This document shows, one piece after another, positions 25,403 through 39,445 of a stretch of 64,000 nt of DNA. The notes beneath the pieces were generated by a model. It saw only the letters and a program-made list of their open reading frames with translations, ran no database searches and was not told the origin of the DNA. The translations under genes and the position numbers were made by a program. Origin of the DNA: Eledone cirrhosa (lineage: Eukaryota); assembly GCA_964016885.1 (NCBI GenBank), contig OZ024753.1:7936001-8000000 (forward strand), read 5' to 3'. Position 1 is the stretch's first letter. The number at the start of each line of letters is the position of its first letter.

Positions 25403-25789
25403 TATTATTATTATTTATATTTTCATTGTTAAATTAGTCTTGCCATTGTGCACTTTTACTCGACCTTATTGTAAATCCCCCACTGTCCCTGTCTTTGTAT
25501 TGTCCCCTACATGTCGGCCCTTGTGGCTAATAAATGAAATCATTATTATTATTATTATTCATTGCCTAGTTTCTCATGGTTTCTTTGGAGTCTGCGGTAA
25601 TTAACTTGGCTGTGAAAAATGTAGAGAAAGATATTACTGAAGAAAACCCAATCCCATTATTATCACTTTCAAAACAATAGATCATTTGCTGATAGCATTG
25701 GACAAATAGCGTGAATGTTGTTTCTGTTGGAAGTGATGGCAAGAGGGGAGATTATTTGTGCAGCCTCAGCAATATATTTTGAAAATTAC

Positions 25790-26470
25790 TATATATATGT
25801 GTGTGGGTGGGTGTGTGTGTGTGTATATATATATGTATATGTGTGTGTGTGTATATATATATATATATTGTGTGCATATATATATATATAGTGTGCATGT
25901 ATATATATATATGTTTGTATGCGTGTGTGTATATATACACACATATACATATATATATATATAAATATATATAAATATAGTGTGCATGTATATATATATA
26001 TGTTTGTATGCATGTGTGTATATATACACACATATACATATATATATATATATAAATATAAATATATAAATATAGTGTGCATGTATATATATATATATAT
26101 ATATGTTTGTATGCGTGTATGTATATACACACACATATACATATATATAAATATAAATATATATAAATATAGTGTGCATGTATATATATATATATATATG
26201 TTTGTATGCGTGTGTGTATATATACACACATATATATATATATATATATATAAATGTATATATATATCTATATATATATAAATGTATATATATATCTATA
26301 TATATATAAATGTATATATATATATAAATGTATGTATATATGTAAATGTATGTGTATATGCATGTGTATATGGTATATGTAAATGTATGTGTATATGTAA
26401 ATGTGTATATGTATATGCATGTCTATATGTAAATGTATGTATATGTATATGTAAATATACATGTATATAA
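25790..26470. repeat. TA/TG compound repeat with higher-order periodicity of about 90-95 bp
   Basis: ATAGTGTGCATG recurs four times. Confidence 0.9.
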
Positions 26471-26806
26471 GTACACCATCAATATTTGAATGTATGAGTC
26501 CCTTGAAGATGGGGTTCAGAGGTCAAATTGCCACCTCTAAACACATTAAGATATTTAGATTTGGTCCTTCCAGATATGTGTTCAATTTTCACTGATCTTT
26601 CTTTGCTTTTCATCTGTAATGCACTTAGCCCGCTGCTCTCTGCAATTTCTGCTAATGTGCACACAATTCTACTGCTCAACATATGTTTGCAGTATTTTTT
26701 TCTTTTGGTCTGTTCTCTTCTAGATTTAAAACATCACGTAGATAGGTTTACTTCCATGTAGTCCGATATGCTACAATTTCTGGTAATTCAACTTCCTTTA
26801 TATACA

Positions 26807-27487
26807 CAGTGGAACCTCAGTTCACAAACTGAATTCGTTCCTGAAGACGATTAGTCACCTGAAATGTTCGTAAACTGAAGCTATTTTTCCCATATGAAAT
26901 GTTGAGAGAGAAACTGTGTGTGAAATACAGATAAATATCCTCGATACTTAACTCCCAATCGGACAACTCGTCTAACCCATGCTAGCATGGAAAAATGGAT
27001 GTTAAGTGATGATGATATACATAATTGAAATACTTACCATTTTAATGTACAATGAAATGTAGACCACGGCATCAATGGTGGAAATCATTTATCCTTTATT
27101 CTAAACTTCTCAAGAATAAAGTCAATAACGGAACTACTGTATTTCTCAGCACCGAAGACGCTTCGTCCTCGAGGACGCACCCTAATTTTGACAACCAAAA
27201 ATAAAAAAATAAATAATAAACAACCTTCAGCCTCCAGGACGCATGGTAGATTTTTGAGACTTATTTTATGAAAAAAAGTAGCGTCTTTTATGCTGGGAAA
27301 TGCGCTAATTACACAGCAAGTGACCCTTTTCTGCCAATATTCCAAGCTTGTTGCCAACCATTGTTGCCAGCTTGTGTGTTCATTACTGAAGACACCGTTC
27401 TTGAACTGAGATATTTTATGTTTGGGAAAATTGTTTGTGAAACAATTTGCTCATGATGAGAGGTGTTCATGAACTGAGGTTCCACTG
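26807..27487. mobile_element. Tigger/pogo-like non-autonomous DNA transposon with nested inserts
   Basis: TIRs CAGTGGAACCTCAGTTCA / TGAACTGAGGTTCCACTG|TA; contains an RTE tail (26957-27017) and a Tc2-like MITE (27137-27305). Confidence 0.8.
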
Positions 27488-28002
27488 TATTGTAAATGAT
27501 ATGGTAAAAAGGCAGCGGCAACTGTGATAGAACTGAAGCAATTATGTCTGTAAATAAGGCTGCGATACAGGGACATTGTGAAGAGAGATATGAAGGCTAT
27601 TGAGATTAACACTGAGTCCTGGGAGGTATATGTCATTCAAACTATGTGTTGATTTCTTGCCTTGGCTCATAAATGGGGTTTAGATTTTTACCCATTTCTC
27701 AGACATAAAATAGGGGACTTGGTTTATATTCAGATTGGCGTATATATGGTAATCATTGCAGAGACCCAAACAACTAGAAGGATGAAAGGTGAATTGGGCC
27801 TTGACAAGATGTGGACATCTAACTAGACTGAGTTTATGTTATCTGATGATTAAAAGCATGAAAAGATCTATCATTCATATTGCCTACTTCTGCCGAGTTT
27901 AAGATTTGGTAAATATTTAAGAAAGGCTTTACTGTTTACTGCAGCTGTTGTTTGGAAGAGGCACCACAGCAGGCTCTGCACTAGATGGCTGGATGTGATT
28001 AA

Positions 28003-28190
28003 CCCTTTAGCATTTACATTACTCTATATTTAATATTTTATCTCACATAATATCGAATCTATGAGATTTTGATATTATTTATTTTGAGAACAATACCTTA
28101 ATGTCAGTATGAGTGGCCAGTTATAGCCAGTTTGAACAGAAAGAGGTGAGAGAATTCTGGCTGGATATGGCTGGGTTAAATGCTAAAGAG
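28003..28190 (+). mobile_element. piggyBac-like MITE, cleanest copy
   Basis: TTAA|CCCTTTAGCATTTA ... TAAATGCTAAAGAG|TTAA. Confidence 0.9.
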
Positions 28191-28559
28191 TTAAGGAAGA
28201 TCATCAGAGGGTTGACATCACCTTGGAGGATTAAGAAGGGTTGGCAAAAGACTGCCAGTGATGAAGAACACTGGTGGACCTGGTTTATTCTACACAGGAT
28301 GAAGCCTTTAGGATCACTGTCCTAGAATGCCACCAATCCCATCGAGCAAGAACAAAGAAGATTCACTGTTGGCTAACTAGTGCTGTTGAAATTTCAACAT
28401 ATCAATATATTTGTTACCGGTTGCTGTAGTTTATTGATTAACAAAGAGATATTTTAGGTTTCAATCCCTTGATAATTATTCTAAGCACTAAAATGCTCAA
28501 TAACTATAACAAATGTTGAACTGCGTCAAACCATCAATAGCATTTCCAAAGTCACACAG

Positions 28560-28942
28560 GCTGTCTCTCTTCTCTCTCTCTCTTCTCTCACTGTTCTCTC
28601 TCTCTCCCTGTGTCCTCTATCTGTTCTCTCTCTCTTTGTTCTCTGTTCTCTCACTGTTCTCTCTCCCTGTGTCATCTATCTGTTATCTCTCTCTCTCCCT
28701 GTGTCCTCTATCTGTTCTCTCTCTATCTGTTCTCTCTGTTCTCTCACTCTGTTCTCTCACTGTTCTCTCTCTCTCCCTGTGTCATCTATCTGTTATCTCT
28801 CTCTCTCCCTGTGTCCTCTATCTGTTCTCTCTCTCTCTGTTCTCTCTCTCCCTGTGCTCTCTCTCTCTCTCCTCCTGTGTCTTCTATCTGTTCTCTCTCT
28901 CTCTCTCCCTGTTCTCTCCCTGTTTCTGATTCTCTCTCTTGC
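28560..28942. repeat. CT-rich minisatellite
   Basis: CCCTGTGTC(C/A)TCTATCTGTT repeats. Confidence 0.9.
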
Positions 28943-29539
28943 TCACTTATACATAAATACAATACAATGGCAAATTTTACCTTGATTGTCAAAGCCAGGC
29001 TGAAGGTGAAGACATAAATCACAATTATAGAAAAGTTCAGCACAAAGCAGATATATTAAGTTAGTACTCTAGCACCAACAATGATAGACCAAGTATATCA
29101 AACCCAATGGGTAGAATGTTAAATCTTCAAACCAAATTTAAGCTTTCACACCACTTAACACTGTTGATTTCTTCCCATGGAAACTAGAGCTATTGTTGTG
29201 ACTTTAAGAGTTCTATTACGCATTTTCAAGCAATGACTTTGGTTCAATAGGAAGTATGGTTAAGATTGTCATTATGCTTATTACTATTATTACTATTATT
29301 ATTATTATTACTATTACTATTATTATCATTACTATTGCTGTTTTTGTTGTTGTTGTTTTTGTTATTATTTCTATGGTTATTAGGATAATTATTATCTGCT
29401 GCAATTACCAGCAATGATAAAGGTATTCCATTGCAATTCTCATCATTGTCATCATTATTCTTCAAGCTCTTCACATCAACAGATATATAACTATGATTGA
29501 AGCGATGTTGCTATGGGAGATCATAATACAGCATCCTAT

Positions 29540-29940
29540 ATTTATTTATTATACCTTATTATATTTTATTTGTTTTTATATTTATATATTATATTTTATA
29601 ATATTTTATTTATTTTTATATTTATATATTTTATTTATCTTTATATATTTTATTTATCTTTATATAATTTATTTATCTTTATATATTTTATTTATCTTTA
29701 TATATTTTATTTATATTTATATATTTTATTTATCTTTATATATTTTATTTATATTTATATATTTTATTTATCTTTATATATTTTATTTATCTTTATATAA
29801 TTTATTTATCTTTATATATTTTATTTATCTTTATATAATTTATTTATCTTTATATAATTTATTTATCTTTATATATTTTATTTATCTTTATATAATTTAT
29901 TTATCTTTATATATTTATTTGTATATTTATATATTTATTT
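29540..29940. repeat. AT-rich minisatellite, unit about 20 bp
   Basis: TTTATTTATCTTTATATA repeats. Confidence 0.9.
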
Positions 29941-31216
29941 GTCCCATTTTCACCATATTAATCCTAATAGATTTATTTAAAAGATTGATGCTGGTATTGA
30001 TTGTCTTTCCATCTTAATTCACTGATGTTATTGAACATTTATTAATAGAGGCCTCTTAGTGACAAAACATTGCCCCCTCCCTCCACCCTAAACCAGAAAG
30101 CCATCACTGACAATTGTAATTATTTTTCTCTCAATGTCCCTCAAGACACTAATGGTTGTTTGGTTGCAGACATTAATAATTATGAAGATTTCTAGATTGC
30201 CATTATATGCATCTATGAAAGGAAGCATGCATAAAAGCTTCTTTAACAGTATCCACAATCAAAAGTTACACTAATTGTTAAAATAAATGAATAAACTGAC
30301 CAACAAACAGAAGGATTTGATCAGCCGCTTCCTTTTTATGCCAATATTGCCACTGGGACCTCTTGTGCATTTGGTCCCCAAGCTGTCGTATTTTTCTGTA
30401 GAATCTGGAGGTTTGTCTCCTACCTGAGGTGGAGCGGCTCCCACATTAGGTGTCACTGGGTGTCCTCTTCGAAGTAATGCTTTAACCATTTGATCCAGGT
30501 GGTAAGGGACTGAGATATACTACCTAGACTAGGGGGTAAAATTACAGCTCCTGCCCCCTTCCTCTTATTTTAATTATTTCTTCTTTCTTTCTCGGTATAT
30601 GAAGATCAGCTGAAATTTTCATAGACTGACTATAAAGTAGTGATGCTAGAGCTGTGAAATCGGCTTTTATAAATAACTGCATTGGTTCTTTCCAAGGACT
30701 ATCTTGAAAAATAAACCTCATTTGGTCATTCCATGAGAGTATCTTGGTCAACTTATATGATTTAATTGAAATTTGTTGAATAAGTCTTTATCCCTCGATG
30801 CACTGGGGTCGATTTTAATCGGCTTTCCCCTCCCCCAGAATTGCTGGCCTTGTGCCTATATAAGAAACCATTAATTTAACTATGTATTAGCATTCATTCA
30901 TATCCACATTTTGATGATATTAACAGCAAAATTGCAGCTGTTGAAACCTTGCACCTTTCAAGACAAGGATTTATTTAAATGAAGAATGCAGATAGAAATC
31001 GATCAATAATTTTCCAGACTTCACTTACTTACCAAGTGAAGTGGATCTCATCAAATCAGACCAAGGAAACAATGTTTTAATTGGTCTTTCCATTGCTGAT
31101 ACTATCTAACAACTCCTGGCAGAAGGAGTAACATGAAACATGAAATAAAATATTTTCCTCAATGACATAGCACATTGTCTAGTCTGGGAATCAAACTTGC
31201 AATCTCATGATTACAA

Positions 31217-31412
31217 CATCTGTTGTAAATTTTGGTGAGATTCACATTTTTATTTTCATCTGGTTAACACTTTCACTTGTAATGACATCTGTTGTAAATT
31301 TTGGTGAGATTCACATTTTTATTTTCATCTGGTTAACACTTTCACTTGTAATGACATCTGTTGTAAATTTTGGTGAGATTCACATCTTTATTTTCATCTG
31401 GTTAACACTTCA
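31217..31412. repeat. 69-bp tandem repeat, about 3 copies
   Basis: ACATCTGTTGTAAATTTTGGTGAGATTCAC three times. Confidence 0.93.
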
Positions 31413-31920
31413 CACTTGGAATGGTATCTGTTCTGATGTTACAAAAGAAACTAGATTTTTTTAACACTTGTAAAACTTGTAACATATGTGCACTGTGTTC
31501 ATACCAACATGCACTGATTCATACCAATGTACTAACTCACACCAATACACTGTTACACACCAATACACTGTTACACACCAATACACACAGCTAAATTACT
31601 AACTGAAATGAAAAAACAAAAAAACCCAAACATCCATAAAGAATAGAAATTAAATAAAATACAAAAAAAAAAAACACCTCCCAAATAAAAAGACAAAATA
31701 AAAGCAAATAAAAAGTTTTTTTTTATTTGCTTTTCAATTTCTTTTTAGAAAGGAATTGAATTTTTAACTGACATCTGCTTACAAGACTTAAAATAAATCT
31801 AATATCATGTTTAAATGTCAACCCCTTAAAACTTACCAAAAATAACAATTGTGTTCGCTGTTGTATCTAGAGAAACAATCAATAGGTCTCTACCAAAAGT
31901 TATTCTCAAAGGAAAAATGA

Positions 31921-32682
31921 CCCCCCCCCCTCTCTTCCCCTTCTCTACCCCTCCCTCGTTTCCCCTTCTCTCCATCTCCCTCGTTTCCCCTTCTCTCCAC
32001 CTCCCTCGTTTCCCCTTCTCTCTCCCTCACTCGCTTCTCCCTTTAACCTCGCTCGCTCGCCTCTCCCATCTCTCTCCTCTCTCTCTCTCTCTCCCTCTCC
32101 TTCCCTCTCTCTCTCTGCCCTTGCTCTCTCTCTCTCAGTCCTCTCTCTCTCTCTCTCAGTCCTCTCTCTCTCTCTCTCTCAGTCCTCTCTCTCCTCTCAC
32201 TCCTTTCCTGTCTGTCTGTCCTTGCTCTCTCTCTCGTCTCTCTCCTCTCGTCTCCCCCCTCTCTCCTCTCATTCCCCTTCCTCCTTCTCTCTCTCCTTCC
32301 TCCTTCTCTCTCTCTCCTCTCCCACTCTCTCTACTCCCCTCTCGCCGTCCCTCTATCTTCCCTCCCCCTCTCTCCTTCCCTCTCTCTTTCCTCCCTCTAT
32401 CTTCCCTCTCTCTTTCCTCCCTCTATCCCCCCCCTCTCTCCTTCCCTCTCTCTTTCCTCCCCCTCTCTCATTCCCTCTCTCTTTCCCCCCTCTCTCATTC
32501 CCCCTCTCTTTCATCCCCCTCTCTCTTTCCTCCCTCTCTTTCCTCCCTCTCTTTCCTCCCCCTCTCTCACTCCCTCTCTCTTTCCTCCCCCTCTTTCACT
32601 CCCTCTCTCTTTCCTCCCCCTCTCTCATTCTCTCTCTCTCTGTCCCCCTCTCTCCCCTTCCCCCTCTATCCCTCTCTACCCA
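31921..32682. repeat. Polypyrimidine (CT) low-complexity tract
   Basis: Direct inspection. Confidence 0.92.
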
Positions 32683-33168
32683 TTATTTGACAGCTACATT
32701 GGCAGTAATTTTTCCCATTTACAATTATTTCACCATACTGACTTTCAGACAATATTTTATACACTTCTTCATGATATTCCCAAATTAGATCTGTAAATTT
32801 TGGATTCATTTTCTTTCTATATATGTCTATTATATCTCTCTCTCTCTCTCTCTCTCTCTTATATATATATATGATGGCTGCAAACTCTGCTAAAAGTATT
32901 GCAATCGCTTGTCAGATTACTGAGTTTGTTGCACTTTTAGGCTACGGCCAGCCACATGAACCTGTAACAGATCCTGAACAAGCAATGCCTGTGCTTTGAA
33001 GGTCTTTTAAGTGGGGAAAGGCCTTGCACTTAACCAATTATGCTCTCTGAGCATCGAAAACATTACCTGAAATGGAAACTCTGAAAAAAAATCTGCAGCT
33101 TCAGAAGCATCTAATGATGTTGACCAGTTCTCCTTTTCCGGTAGTGTTTTCGATATATATATATATAT

Positions 33169-33508
33169 GGAGGCACATGGCTTAGTGGTTAGAGCATTGG
33201 CTTTGCAATCGAAAGGTTGTGAGTTCAATTCTCAGACCGGGTGATGTGTTGTTTCCTTGAGCAAGACACTTTATTTCACATTGCTCCAGTTTACTCAGCT
33301 GTAGAAATGAGATGATAGGGACTGGAGGTCCCTATCATTCCACTGCAAAGTGGTCGTGCAGGTGCCACGGCAAAAAAGCACCCAGCACTCACCGTAAATG
33401 AGGTTGGTGTTAGGAAGGGCATCCAGCTGTAGAAATCAAGCCAGAATCAGTTCCCTTCCCATCCTTGCAAGCAGGGAAAAGTGGACGTAAAATGATGATG
33501 ATGATGAT
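33169..33508 (+). mobile_element. SINE-A copy
   Basis: Homology. Confidence 0.93.
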
Positions 33509-33530
33509 ATACCTACATGCTTACATATAA

Positions 33531-33750
33531 GCAAAGAGATATTTAATTTGTTGGTAATTCAACAAATTTATTTATAACAGATTCGAAGCACTGGAAATTA
33601 TATTTATAAAACCATATTTATTTTATTATTATATATATTTCAAGGCTACCAAAACTTTGGTACGCTCTCATCAGATAAAATACAAAATTTGTTTTATAAA
33701 TAGTGACATACCCCAGAAACCAGACCTTATCGGTTCAGGTTCCATTTGGA
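33531..33750 (-). mobile_element. Family A element, single arm, with hammerhead motif (33619-33682)
   Basis: Minus strand TATTTTAT-CTGATGA-GAGCGTACCAAAGTTTTGGTAGCCTT-GAAA-TATATATA-ATAATAAAATA. Confidence 0.7.
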
Positions 33751-34046
33751 TAGATAATTAAGAAAAAGGATATATATATAATATATCTAATTAAGGCAGG
33801 GCTTATAACGATTTCACAACTCAATGTAGCATTGATGTAAATATCTCAAAAAAGGCACCAATCCAGTACTAGGGTCGATTCTTTCTCTATAGAAAAAATC
33901 CACTGTGTTCAGACATGGAGAGGGTTGGGCGCCCCCAGGTTTAAAAGCGCCCTAGATAGGACGTTTGACAGTGATTCTACGACTCAAGAAGGAGTTATGG
34001 GAAGCAGGGAAAAGTGGACGTAAAATGATGATGATGATGATGATGA

Positions 34047-34793
34047 TTCTTATATATAATGATTGCTTATATTAAGATTCATACTTCTTTTAAAATGTTC
34101 ATATGTTAATAGTTCCGGTTAGCATCCGTTATATTATAACATTTATTACATTGCTTATGTAACTGTTCATATATTTGCATCGTTTTATCATAACGTTTAT
34201 ATTTCCGTCACTAATTTCTTCTTAATGCAGTTTATATATAATATCGTCTTTTTTTAAATATATCATGGATTACTTAACTGATTACTTGAAGACAGTGTAA
34301 CTCAGAATCTCTTCAATTTCCATGCATATTCTCAATTATATTTGACGTATCATATCTACATACATATATCATTTCATCATCATTTCATTTTACGTCCGCT
34401 TTTCCCTGCTTGCAAGGGTGGGACGGGAACTGATTCTGGCTTGATTTCTACAGCTGGATGCCCTTCCTATCACCAACCTCATTTTACAGTGAGTGCTGGG
34501 TGCTTTTTTGCCGTGGCACCTGCACGACCACTCTACAGTGGAATGATAGGGACCCCAGTCCCTATCATCTCATTTCTACAGCTGAGTAAACTGGAGAAAT
34601 GTGAAATAAAGTGTCTTGCTCAAGGAAACAACACATCACCTGGTCTGAGAATTGAACTCACAACCTTTCGAGTGCCATTGCTCTAACCACTAAGCCATGT
34701 GCCTCCATGTGCCTCCATATATTTGCATATAATATCAATATGCACACTACACATGCTAGCAGAAAACCACCGGAAGGGTGGTTTTTCTGCTAG
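34047..34793 (+). mobile_element. Helitron-like non-autonomous element, interrupted by SINE-A
   Basis: 3' hairpin CCACC..GGTGG then CTAG|T; body homologous to 60595-60901. Confidence 0.6.
34369..34716 (-). mobile_element. SINE-A copy
   Basis: Homology. Confidence 0.93.
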
Positions 34794-35291
34794 TTCTCTT
34801 AATGTCCTTAACATGTTATACCCATCTTTTCATTCCTTTCCTAGTTACCATAAACTCACTTAGGTTTATTTCAATACTGGAGCCTATATCCTAAAATCTT
34901 CTCAAAACTCTTCTATGGAATACAAACTCATAAGAGGCTAGTTAAACCTACATTCGTGTGAGCTGTAAATATTATTTTCATTTTAAATACCACAAGGCCA
35001 GCTCAGTGCATTGATATTGCAGTATAGTTTGGAAACACAAGTGCATTCTTTAAATCAGCTGCACCTCCTGGTTTTAAGTATTTGTCAGATGTTTAGTTCT
35101 TGGTTTTCCTTAATTTTCTTTTTGGCTCCAGTGTTGTTGTTTTACACTCTTCTACTGAACAACAACAACAACAACAGCAGCAGCTACATGGAACTTTCTT
35201 TTGATTCTTAATGCACGACGGTGCAGCATTGATATTTTAGTGCATCAGAAACAAAATTCATAGTGTGGTTATGTCACCTGGTATATTCTGC

Positions 35292-35512
<221 letters not shown>

Positions 35513-35800
35513 ATACATACACATATAAACAGATATAAGCATACAATAAGTTTGACATAGGTACCTAAATGCTTGCATTTACTTACATATGGTTGCACAT
35601 ATCTACATATATATGCAGCACCTTATAGATGTACATGTTTTCTTACACCCACTCGCCTATATATACATACACACAAACACATACATACATACAAACATAT
35701 ACATACATATTTGTTTAGAAAAGCATATATATATACACACACACACACACACATTATCATTTAACATCCAACTTCCACACTAGCATGGGTATATAGATAT

Positions 35801-35832
<32 letters not shown>

Positions 35833-35963
35833 GTAAAGTTATATTTAAAATTGTTGGGTTACAACTAGTAAATATTTATAACTGATATAAAAGCACTCGA
35901 CAAATATTTGGAGTATATTAACAATATTAAATAAATGGAAAACTATATTTATAAAACCATATC

Positions 35964-36029
35964 TATTTCATTATATATATTTCGGGGATATCATATTAAC
36001 AATATGCTATGCCTTCATCAGACAAAATA
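35964..36029 (-). ncRNA. Type I hammerhead motif with intact core (family A)
   Basis: TATTTTGT-CTGATGA-AGGCATAGCATATT GTT AATATGATATCCCC-GAAA-TATATA-TA-ATGAAATA. Confidence 0.7.
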
Positions 36030-36192
36030 CAATATAAACAGTTTTATAGATAAATAGATTCGACATACCGTAATAAACACCGACTTCATTTGAAGAGGTT
36101 TACGCTAGCAGTCCTAGCGTAAACCTCTTCAAATGAAGTCGGTGTTTATTACGGTATGTCGAATCTATTTATCTATAAAACTGTTTATATTG

Positions 36193-36258
36193 TATTTTGT
36201 CTGATGAAGGCATAGCATATTGTTAATATGATATCCCTGAAATATATATAATGAAATA
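36193..36258 (+). ncRNA. Type I hammerhead motif (family A, mirror copy)
   Basis: CTGATGA at 36201-36207, GAAA at 36239-36242. Confidence 0.65.
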
Positions 36259-36296
36259 GATATGGTTTTATAAATATAGTTTTCCATTTATTTAAT

Positions 36297-36431
<135 letters not shown>

Positions 36432-36472
36432 ATGTTTATCATTCATACATCAGCCTACATAAATTCACACAC

Positions 36473-36694
36473 GGAGGCATATGGCTTAGTGCTTAAAGCA
36501 TTGGCCTTGCAATCGAAAGGTTGTGAGTTCAATTCTCAGACCGGGTGATGTGTTGTTTCCTTGAGCAAGACACTTTATTTCACATTGCTCCAGTTTACTC
36601 AGCTGTAGAAATGAGATGATAGGGACTGGAGTCCATATCATTCCACTGTAAAGTGGTCGTTGAGGTGCCACGGCAAAAAAGCACCCAACACTCA
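36473..36694 (+). mobile_element. SINE-A, 3'-truncated
   Basis: Homology ends abruptly at the RTE fragment. Confidence 0.9.
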
Positions 36695-36701
36695 CTTATA
36701 A

Positions 36702-37284
36702 TCACGTATATTACTATTACAGATCCAGCGGAGCATGCAAACTTCGTTTCTCTCCAGTCTGCGTAGATCCTCTGCACACAATGCCCAAGTCTCACTGCCA
36801 TGCAACATTGCTGTCCGTATGCAGGCATCATACAGCCTGCCTTTCATTTTTAGAGAGAACCCTTTAGCGGCCAATAGTGGTATAAGCTCTCTGAACTTTT
36901 TCCATCCCGTTCTGACTCTAGCTACTGTACTTTCAGAGCACCCTCCCCCACTGCTGATTTTGTCACCCAGGTAACGGAAGCTGTCCACTATTTCTATAGA
37001 ACCATCTGTGCAATGGAATGCGTTAGTATTCAGTGGGCACTTGCTGCTACTTATTGCACCAGAGCACTGGCCACATATAAAATCTATATTCTTAGTTAGC
37101 TTACCTATGATCCCACTACATCTTTTATGCACCCATACTTTGCATTTGGGACATAAAATGCAGTTTCTACCTACTCCTTTCCTACACACTGAGCATGGCC
37201 ATTTCCCAGATGGGACCGGTGCCCTATTTTCCTTCCTACAAACTAGAACTTTAGTCTTAGACAAGTTAACTTTAAGGCCTTTTG
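36702..37284 (-). mobile_element. RTE-clade LINE internal fragment (RT C-terminal region with PHD-like Cys cluster)
   Basis: KTKVLV...[31 protein letters not shown]...FICGQC...VDSFRYLGD...GSETWAL; same family as 10336. Confidence 0.93.
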
Positions 37285-37289
37285 TTTCT

Positions 37290-37353
<64 letters not shown>

Positions 37354-38027
37354 CTGTGTGTGTGTCTGTGTTTCTGTCTGTGTGTGTCTCTGTGTTTCCG
37401 TGTGTGTCTGTGTTTCTGTGTGTATGTCTCTGTGTGTGTGTCTGTGTGTGGGTCTGTGTTTCTGTGTGTCTGTGTCTGTGTGTGTGTCTGTGTCTCTGTG
37501 TGTGTCTGTCTCTGTCTGTGTTTCTGTGTGTGTCTGTCTCTGTCTCTGTGTGTGTCTGTGTTTCTGTGTGTGTGTGTGTTTCTGTGTGTGTCTGTGTTTC
37601 TGTGTGTGTCTGTGTTTCTGTGTTTCTGTGTTTCTGTGTGTGTGTATGTGTTTCTGTGTGTGTCTGTGTTTCTGTGTGTGTCTGTATTTCTGTGTGTGTC
37701 TGTGTTTCTGTGTGTGTCTGTGTTTCTGTGTGTGTGTTTGTGTTTCTGTGTGTGTGTGTATGTCTCTGTGTTTGTGTGTCTGTGTTTCTGTGTGTGTCTG
37801 TGTTTCTGTGTGTGTCTGTGTGTGTGTGTATGTCTCTGTGTTTGTGTGTCTGTGTTTCTGTGTGTGTCTGTGTGTGTGTGTATGTCTCTGTGTTTGTGTG
37901 TCTGTGTTTCTGTGTGTATGCTTTGTCTTGATGTCTCTATATGTCTCTATATTTCTCTATATATGTATAAGTCTGTGTATGTCTATATATGTGTATGTCT
38001 GTGTATATCAGTGTCTGTCTGTGTATG

Positions 38028-38106
<79 letters not shown>

Positions 38107-38130
38107 GCTTCTCTGTATGCAAGGTATATA

Positions 38131-38164
<34 letters not shown>

Positions 38165-38180
38165 TATAGAGAGAGAGGTA
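37285..38180. repeat. GT-rich minisatellite plus CT/TA tracts
   Basis: TGTGTTTCTGTG repeats. Confidence 0.92.
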
Positions 38181-38443
38181 GAGAGAGATACAGTATTTGG
38201 AGAAGAGATTGAGAGAGTGTGTGAAAGGAGAGAGAGAGAGAGAAAGAAAATGAGAGAGAGAGAGAGTTATAGACATAGACATAAGAATTATTTGCACATA
38301 AATAATGCAGAAAGCGTTTTGCTGTACAAGTCACTAATCCAATATTCATGATGGAAGCAGAAATAATATTGCTATAATTTCTTACATCATCACTTTTTAT
38401 TTTATTTTCATCTCTATTTTGTCTTTTATATTTTATATTTTAT

Positions 38444-38476
<33 letters not shown>

Positions 38477-38584
38477 GATTTTTTTTTTTCGATTTGTTAT
38501 ATAAAATTTTATTTTTACATTTTTATTTTTACTTAAAACTCAAGTATTGCTACAAAATAAGTATAAATACTACTTGGACGTACT

Positions 38585-38586
38585 TA

Positions 38587-38621
<35 letters not shown>

Positions 38622-38623
38622 TT

Positions 38624-38668
<45 letters not shown>

Positions 38669-39309
38669 TTTATATATATATATATATATACTTCATATAT
38701 ATATATATATATATACTTTATGTATATATATATATATATACTTTATGTATATATATATATATATACCTTTATGTATTAATATATATATATGAGTATATAT
38801 ATGTATAAATATATGTATATATATATACATATATGTATAAATATATGTATATAAGTAAATATATGTATATATATATACATATATGTATAAATATATGTAT
38901 ATAAGTATATATATGTATATATATATATATACCTTTATGTATAAATATATGTATATATATATATATATATAAGTATATATATGTTTATGTATATATATAC
39001 CTTTATGTATAAATATATGTATATATATATATAAGTATATAAGTATATATATGTTTATGTATATATATACCTTTATGTATAAATATATGTATATATATAT
39101 ATAAGTATATATATGTTTATGTATATATATACCTTTATATATATATAAGTATATATATACCTTTATATATATATAAGTATATATATGTTTATATATATAT
39201 ATATATACCTTTATGTATACATATATATACCTTTATGTATATATATACCTTTATGTATGTATATATATACCTTTATGTATATATATACCTTTATGTATAT
39301 ATATACCTT

Positions 39310-39348
<39 letters not shown>

Positions 39349-39381
39349 GTATATATATGTATATGTATGTATATATATATT

Positions 39382-39440
<59 letters not shown>

Positions 39441-39445
39441 TCATG
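38585..39445. repeat. TA-rich compound repeat
   Basis: ATATACCTTTATGT units. Confidence 0.9.

Noticed and set aside
26497-26545. TTGAAGA followed by an AGAGGT/ACCTCT hairpin
   Set aside because: No GAAA or cleavage triplet; cannot be called a ribozyme
30271-30520. GC-richer unique segment with a 72-aa ORF
   Set aside because: No recognisable domain and no clear splice-site pair
37008-38212. ORFs of about 300 aa rich in Cys/Val, and all similar YI, HT, LS and poly-Leu ORFs
   Set aside because: Translations of dinucleotide and trinucleotide repeats
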